A stretch of DNA of 32,469 nucleotides, from the IMG/VR virus record IMGVR_UViG_3300044988_000216, positions 1 to 32,469 of that record. The stretch is one strand, 5' to 3'. Under the pieces are notes generated by a model. The model saw only the letters and a program-made list of their open reading frames with translations, searched no databases and was not told the origin of the DNA. The translations under genes were made by a program, and so were the position numbers. Shown piece after piece: positions 27,232-32,469 of this stretch. Origin of the DNA: a virus. Its lineage: Duplodnaviria > Caudoviricetes. Positions within the stretch are counted from its first letter, which is position 1, and each line of letters begins with the position of its first letter.

Positions 27232-28176
27232 TTATGGCAATCCTTGAATGTAACGTGATTGATTGCACGTGATACAAATATCATCCATCCGGGCAAATAA
27301 TCCCGGCAATTGTTGCACGGCCGTTTCGAAATGTGAATTGTATTGTTTTTCAAATTCACCCAACATGAATTCACATTTTTCACCATCCAACAACGTAACC
27401 GAATTCAAACGATCGGTTGTTTTTGCCTCCTTTACAATTTCAATTCCGGCCCGGTACAAAATCGGAAATCGAATTTTTTGGGCCAAAACACATGCAATTT
27501 CATCCAATGAACATTCGGCCGCCACGTTAACCGATAAACCAAATGATGATGATGATGTGCCCAATCCATTCCATCCGTTTCCGGTTAAAAAACGGGATTT
27601 GGCCGTTGTGCAATTGCATGATGATTTCACCTTTGTGTTATTCACGTTGATTGCCGAATTATCCGTTGTGATGTATATTTCGGCACCATCGGATAAGTAA
27701 TCCGGGAATATTTCGGCAAATCCACTCAAATCCGTTGTGAATGGATATTGGGTTGTGAAAATTCCATCGGTGATGGTTATGTTTCCCGAATAAACGGCCT
27801 CAACGATTCGAATTTGAACCGATTGAACACGAATCCGAACCATCCGGGATTCCCGGGTTGTGATTCGAAAACCACGTTCATTGGGATTGGGGATCAAAAA
27901 TGTTGGTTGCCAATCACCGGTTTTCAATTCATCAATCAACGAATTCATCCGGAAATAAGGCATTGCAAATTTTGCAATTTCATCCAAAACCAATTGGGTT
28001 GCAAAATTTATTTTGGATTCAATCAATGAAATCCCGGATTGGTAACCGGAATCGGCAACATCGGCCGCAAATCGTAAATTGATCCCCTCCAAATCATCAA
28101 TCCACAAACCGGATTTCGGTTGTGTTTGTGAAACACATTTGATTCCAATAAAATTATCAAAACAATTTGTTGCCAT
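27232..28176 (-). CDS. Putative head-tail adaptor/structural protein (314 aa)
   Basis: Helical N and C termini with beta-rich centre; 9 Cys; late-operon position. Confidence 0.5.
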   Translation of the reverse strand: MATNCFDNFIGIKCVSQTQPKSGLWIDDLEGINLRFAADVADSGYQSGISLIESKINFATQLVLDEIAKFAMPYFRMNSLIDELKTGDWQPTFLIPNPNERGFRITTRESRMVRIRVQSVQIRIVEAVYSGNITITDGIFTTQYPFTTDLSGFAEIFPDYLSDGAEIYITTDNSAINVNNTKVKSSCNCTTAKSRFLTGNGWNGLGTSSSSFGLSVNVAAECSLDEIACVLAQKIRFPILYRAGIEIVKEAKTTDRLNSVTLLDGEKCEFMLGEFEKQYNSHFETAVQQLPGLFARMDDICITCNQSRYIQGLP

Positions 28177-28669
28177 AACCGAATGGATCGTTTTTGTAAA
28201 TGTTACGTTCCGGAACGCCGATTGATTTTAGGAAATCCGGAACCCAAAATGATGGGCATGCCTTGTTATCAAATTGATTGTGCCCACCAATCAAAACATT
28301 TGGTGCATAATCCAAAACCATTTTGATGATTTCGGTTAACGTTTTGGTTTGGGAAACGTTCAATGTGTTTTTGGGTTTGTTTTGGGCATCCAATCCACCA
28401 ACATAAACAACATGTCGGGAAACCGAATTGATGCCCTTTACACCGTTGGTGATTTCGGAATTTTGAATCCACAAATCACCATTGTGTTCCACGAATCGGT
28501 GCCGTGAACCATTTATCAAAATCATATCGGAATAACCAACCTTATTCCAACCCCTCCCATGTGGTGCCGGTGATGTATGCCAACGGATTATTTGTTCCGG
28601 TGATACATGTACATCCTCACGGGTTGCGGTGCAATGAATAACAAAATATTTAAACGGTTTGATTTGCAT
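28157..28669 (-). CDS. Endolysin, N-acetylmuramoyl-L-alanine amidase (T7 lysozyme-like)
   Basis: 'VIHCTAT', 'RGWNKVGY', 'YVGG', 'GHNQFDNKACPSF' with His/His/Cys zinc ligands; exact start uncertain. Confidence 0.92.
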   Translation of the reverse strand: MQIKPFKYFVIHCTATREDVHVSPEQIIRWHTSPAPHGRGWNKVGYSDMILINGSRHRFVEHNGDLWIQNSEITNGVKGINSVSRHVVYVGGLDAQNKPKNTLNVSQTKTLTEIIKMVLDYAPNVLIGGHNQFDNKACPSFWVPDFLKSIGVPERNIYKNDPFGYGNKLF

Positions 28670-29063
28670 TTTCGTTTTCGGATTTGTTTTCAATTGGTTT
28701 TTTTAAGCCAATGAAAAATACATCAAATTTTTCGTACTTATCAAAACGATCAATTGCCAATGTTGATTCATATTTCAATTTCAATTCATCAATGGCCCAT
28801 TCAACATTCCTCATTGTTTTGAAACGTTTTGATCCATGTTGAATGAAAAAAACAACACCGGATTTTGTTTTCAAATCACGAATCCAATTTGGTTTGGTTA
28901 ATTTGTGATTGATCCGGGTTTCGAATTTTTTGATTTCATCCAATTGTGATTCGGATGTTGCAAAAACAAATGAATCGTAAATGAACAATCGGTTGTTCAA
29001 ATAACGGAATGCCGATTGCACATCCTTTGGTGCATCGTTCAATAATTTTTCACGATAAATCAT
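28650..29063 (-). CDS. Hypothetical protein (137 aa)
   Basis: ATGA overlap with the upstream gene. Confidence 0.65.
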   Translation of the reverse strand: MIYREKLLNDAPKDVQSAFRYLNNRLFIYDSFVFATSESQLDEIKKFETRINHKLTKPNWIRDLKTKSGVVFFIQHGSKRFKTMRNVEWAIDELKLKYESTLAIDRFDKYEKFDVFFIGLKKPIENKSENENANQTV

Positions 29064-29422
29064 TTTTTCCCGAATTTAACGCCGGTTCCCATTCCTTTGG
29101 GCAATTGATATGATTTGCCAATTTTTGCCATCACGGCCGTGTTTATTTCGCCGGTTCGTTTTGGTGTTACATCCGAACCCGAATTTGCCGCCGATATTTG
29201 GGCAACCCGTGATTTCATTTCGGCCGATTTTGAATCACCAAAAACGGATTTTGATGGTGTTGTTTCACCCTTGGTTGGTGTTCCCGGTTTAACCCCATCG
29301 GTTGGTTTGGTTCCATCCGTTGGTTTTGTTCCATCGGTTGGTTTTGTTCCAATCGTTGTTGAATCCTTTACGCCACCGGTTGTTGAATCCTTTGTTCCTC
29401 CCGTGTTAATTATTCCGGCCAT
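29060..29422 (-). CDS. Low-complexity Thr/Gly/Lys-rich protein (120 aa)
   Basis: KDSTT x2 and TKPTDG x3; start MAGIIN after an A-rich leader. Confidence 0.65.
   Translation of the reverse strand: MAGIINTGGTKDSTTGGVKDSTTIGTKPTDGTKPTDGTKPTDGVKPGTPTKGETTPSKSVFGDSKSAEMKSRVAQISAANSGSDVTPKRTGEINTAVMAKIGKSYQLPKGMGTGVKFGKK
29295..29352. repeat. 18-bp tandem repeat x3 encoding TKPTDG
   Basis: Near-identical units of ccatcggttggttttgtt. Confidence 0.85.
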
Positions 29423-29465
29423 GATGTTTGTGTTTTGGTTTGAAAATTTCAATCAAAAATAAAAC

Positions 29466-29501
29466 AAAAAATCCCCAAATGGAATTCCAAATGGGGATTT
29501 T
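29466..29501 (-). terminator. Terminator after the capsid and tail-tube genes
   Basis: AAATCCCCA...TGGGGATTT stem followed by T runs on the minus strand. Confidence 0.65.
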
Positions 29502-29522
29502 CGTAATCAAACGATTGTGGAT

Positions 29523-30065
29523 TTAGATTCCATCTAAATTCACCGCAACGCCACATGGCATTGTTACGGCATTCCACGTGATTGTTCCATCAAAAAAGAT
29601 TGAACCGGTGTTGTTATCTTCGATAACTTGATCAACCTCAATTTGGAACGATGCAATTGGGCCATAAAAATAACCATCACATGTGTAGTAACCAACTTGA
29701 TAATTGGTTGCACCGGCTTGAATGGTGTTCCAAAACGTTACATCGGCACATGAATCCGGATCACTGTTGTAATCTTGGAATGTGATTGATTTTTCGCCTC
29801 CGATAACACCCTCCGGGCCACATGATGAAAAACGTTTTTTGGTGAATGATCCTTTGGGTTTTTGGCCCAAAATCAAACCCGTTAAAACTACATCCCCGGA
29901 TGCAATTGCCGCAATCCATTCCTCACGTGATTCAATATCGGTGAACTCATAATCACATTTAATGAACGCCAATTTGGAAATCCCACCATTCCGGGTTGTA
30001 ACGCCGCAACCTTGGGAATAAGACACCGGTAATGCCGGCGCACATGCACTTGTACATAATGCCAT
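29523..30065 (-). CDS. Probable major tail tube protein (180 aa)
   Basis: Beta-rich; adjacent to the capsid gene before a terminator, suggesting high copy number; no other tube candidate; a decoration protein is the alternative. Confidence 0.55.
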   Translation of the reverse strand: MALCTSACAPALPVSYSQGCGVTTRNGGISKLAFIKCDYEFTDIESREEWIAAIASGDVVLTGLILGQKPKGSFTKKRFSSCGPEGVIGGEKSITFQDYNSDPDSCADVTFWNTIQAGATNYQVGYYTCDGYFYGPIASFQIEVDQVIEDNNTGSIFFDGTITWNAVTMPCGVAVNLDGI

Positions 30066-30102
30066 TTTTTTCGAATTTTAAAGGTTTAACAAAAAATGAA
30101 TA

Positions 30103-31128
30103 TTAATCACAACCAACGATTGTTGAACAATCTTCGAAATCGAATGTGTAATTAACGCCAACGTTATCATCACCGGCACCGAACGCATTGGCCGGAATGA
30201 AAAACAATCCCCAATTCAAAAACATTTTGATGCTCCATTCATCGGCACAATCATCATAATGAACTTTCAAATCGTATGTTAACCCGGTGAATGGATCGGT
30301 GATTGTTCCATGTTCAAACACATCATTGCGTTTTGCATAATCACCAACATATTTGTTCCATGTTACCAATTGAACGGCACCCGGTGCCAACACGATGAAA
30401 TGGTTTGCACCAATTTCCGATTCAACAAAACGATCATTGAAATACATGTAATCCGTCCAACGGGCCATATCGGTGCCGGTTGTTGAATTGCAACATGCAA
30501 TTTGTTGTGTTTTTGCATACAAATCGAAATTGCCCGAACCAATGATCATTGGTGCCCCGGAACCACCAACCAAATCATATTCGTGGCGAATTTGTGCCGC
30601 CGCAATTGAACGTGGTGAATTGGTTGTTGCTTCAAACAATTTCACTTGTTTCAATTGTGTTCCATCGGAAAAATTCCCAAAATTGGTTGATTGTAATGCC
30701 AACAATTGTTTGTTCAAACCAACATTCAATGCATTCATTTGTGCCATGATCACATTTGAAACATAAACCGAATCGGCCTCACACAATTTTCGCATTTCAT
30801 CCTCAACAAATTTCATTCCCTTGGTTTCCAAACAGTTTTCAACCTCGAAAATGGTTTGTTTTGGTGCCGGTTCACGGGTTGTATCACACGAATTGGTGCA
30901 TGTGAAATTCACATCGGCCACCGTTCCACGTTGGATGTAATCGATTTGCACGGCACGATATTTCCCGTTTGATGGAACCGGGATTGCCTCAAATCCGGCA
31001 CGATTTTCCTCACTCATTAATGCATCAACGTAACCAACACGATCACGTTTTAATGCCGGTGCATTCGAACCGGCAACCGCATTCAAACTTGTTTGCAATT
31101 TTTGGCATAAGCCCTCTGTAAACGCCAT
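30103..31128 (-). CDS. Major capsid protein (341 aa)
   Basis: Follows the scaffold; size typical of HK97-fold capsids; strong A-rich leader before MAFTEG. Confidence 0.75.
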   Translation of the reverse strand: MAFTEGLCQKLQTSLNAVAGSNAPALKRDRVGYVDALMSEENRAGFEAIPVPSNGKYRAVQIDYIQRGTVADVNFTCTNSCDTTREPAPKQTIFEVENCLETKGMKFVEDEMRKLCEADSVYVSNVIMAQMNALNVGLNKQLLALQSTNFGNFSDGTQLKQVKLFEATTNSPRSIAAAQIRHEYDLVGGSGAPMIIGSGNFDLYAKTQQIACCNSTTGTDMARWTDYMYFNDRFVESEIGANHFIVLAPGAVQLVTWNKYVGDYAKRNDVFEHGTITDPFTGLTYDLKVHYDDCADEWSIKMFLNWGLFFIPANAFGAGDDNVGVNYTFDFEDCSTIVGCD

Positions 31129-31304
31129 TTTTTTTTGTTTTTGATTGTTAAAAAATTGATTGATTGATTGGGGATTAAACACAAAATCCCATCACAAACC
31201 GATTCAATAAATGAATCAATCCGAAATGGGATCGGTTCCCCGTTTGATGCCTTATTGGTTAGGCAAACCCGGAAAAATGCATTTAGGGTTGCCACCCCGT
31301 TTTT

Positions 31305-32126
31305 TTATTCCTTTCCAAACACTTTCATCGATTTCAATGATTCGGCATTTTGTTCGGCACGTTTTAAGCCAACCAAATTGAATTTTGAATTCGGTTCCGG
31401 TGTTGGATTCGGATTTGGTTTTGGATTTGCACCCGGTGTTGGATTTGGTGATCCGTTTGATTGTTTCACCACTCCCAATGTTGCCAAATGTGAATCCAAA
31501 ATTTCATCAAATGTAACAATTTTCGTTCCATCGGAATTCAATGGATTCAAATTGTTTTTTGTTTTCACCACCAATTGCCCGGCATCATCAACATCCAAAT
31601 TGTAATTTGTATTTAAAAAATTGTTCACGGCCGGTAAAACAACATCCGGTGAAACAATCAATGATTTTTTGGCAATGATGCCATTGATGATTGATTCACG
31701 TTTGAATGATTTGATTGCATTTTTTGCCTCCGATTCCTTTGCCGGGATGATTTCATCAACCAATCGTTTGTTTTCATTGGTTAAATCAATCAACTTTTTT
31801 TGCATTTCATCGGCACCATCAACGGATGATTTTGTTGCCTTATCATGGGCAATGGAAATGATTTCATCGAACTTTTTATCACGAACATCCTCAACGGATA
31901 ATCCGAAAACTTTTTTCATTTTGTGTTCGATTTTCGATAATTCCGAACCACGTATTTCATCCTTTATTGGTTGGATGAATTCCGGATCGTTTTTCAAAAC
32001 ATCACGTTGGGTTGATTTAAAACCGGAAACGATTTCATCAATTGATGTTGTTTCATCCGATGTTAATTTGGAAATTGAATCGGCCGGAACACCGATTTGT
32101 TTTAAAAATGATTCAACGTTTTTCAT
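31305..32126 (-). CDS. Capsid scaffolding protein (273 aa)
   Basis: Charged helical protein with Pro/Asn/Gly-rich C-terminal linker, directly upstream of the capsid gene. Confidence 0.7.
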   Translation of the reverse strand: MKNVESFLKQIGVPADSISKLTSDETTSIDEIVSGFKSTQRDVLKNDPEFIQPIKDEIRGSELSKIEHKMKKVFGLSVEDVRDKKFDEIISIAHDKATKSSVDGADEMQKKLIDLTNENKRLVDEIIPAKESEAKNAIKSFKRESIINGIIAKKSLIVSPDVVLPAVNNFLNTNYNLDVDDAGQLVVKTKNNLNPLNSDGTKIVTFDEILDSHLATLGVVKQSNGSPNPTPGANPKPNPNPTPEPNSKFNLVGLKRAEQNAESLKSMKVFGKE

Positions 32127-32395
32127 TGTTCGTTTGATTTTGTCGATTTGCGTTTTGGTTTTTCAATTTCCGTTTGTTCCGTTGATTCCTTTGATTCGGT
32201 TGTTTCGGTTTGTTCCTTGGATTCCTTTGGTTCCTTTGGTTCCTTGGATTCAACATTGAATGAAACAACCTTTTTTTCCGTTGGTATCACATCAAAATTT
32301 TTTGAATGCCCACCACGTTTCAATTGATCCCATGCCGATTTTGTGATTTCACTCACTTTGCCGGTTTTAACATTTTGAATTCGGATTTTTTCCAT
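32123..32395 (-). CDS. Hypothetical protein with Glu/Lys/Thr low-complexity tail (90 aa)
   Basis: Start MEKIRIQ; ATGA overlap with the scaffold start; SKE/PKE repeats. Confidence 0.65.
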   Translation of the reverse strand: MEKIRIQNVKTGKVSEITKSAWDQLKRGGHSKNFDVIPTEKKVVSFNVESKEPKEPKESKEQTETTESKESTEQTEIEKPKRKSTKSNEQ

Positions 32396-32469
32396 GATTC
32401 GTTTTTTTGTGTTATTTGTTTGGAATCCCAAAATTATGAATTTTTTTGAATGGCCTCAATTTGTTGGGC
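32343..32469. repeat. Terminal direct repeat, right copy
   Basis: Identical to nt 1-127. Confidence 0.95.

Noticed and set aside
27102-27386. 94-aa minus-strand ORF from the track
   Set aside because: Overlaps the 314-aa gene out of frame; the 30-aa MGCNCG ORF fits the gap better
1-32469. Stop-codon reassignment suggested by rare TAG
   Set aside because: Genes are intact and tightly packed under the standard code, no suppressor tRNA is seen, and TAG rarity follows from AG depletion

Overview
The window is one apparently complete, circularly assembled tailed (siphovirus-like) phage genome of about 32,342 bp: nt 1-127 are repeated exactly at 32343-32469. Every credible gene is on the minus strand. 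In transcription order it has early small genes with repeated promoters and hairpins (about 24.0-21.0 kb), a Bet-like recombinase, a replication initiator and partner, SSB, TerS and TerL, a tail chaperone with a -1 frameshift, the tape measure protein, three Cys-rich tail-tip proteins, portal, a MuF/gp7 head protein with a C-terminal HExxH domain, scaffold, major capsid, a probable tail tube, and neck genes interleaved with amidase, holin and a u-spanin-like gene. TTG-N19-TAnnTTTG promoters and A-rich leaders without Shine-Dalgarno sites point to a Bacteroidota host. No integrase, polymerase, tRNA or CRISPR array is visible. Two things stand out. First, AG/CT dinucleotides are extremely depleted across the genome (CAG/CTG almost absent) while CCGG, GGCC and GATC are abundant. 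Second, the predicted outer virion proteins are Cys-rich, internal ones are Cys-free, and the late operon ends in a membrane CxxC protein, which suggests a phage-encoded disulfide-crosslinking system. All product calls come from motifs and gene context read by eye; no searches were run.
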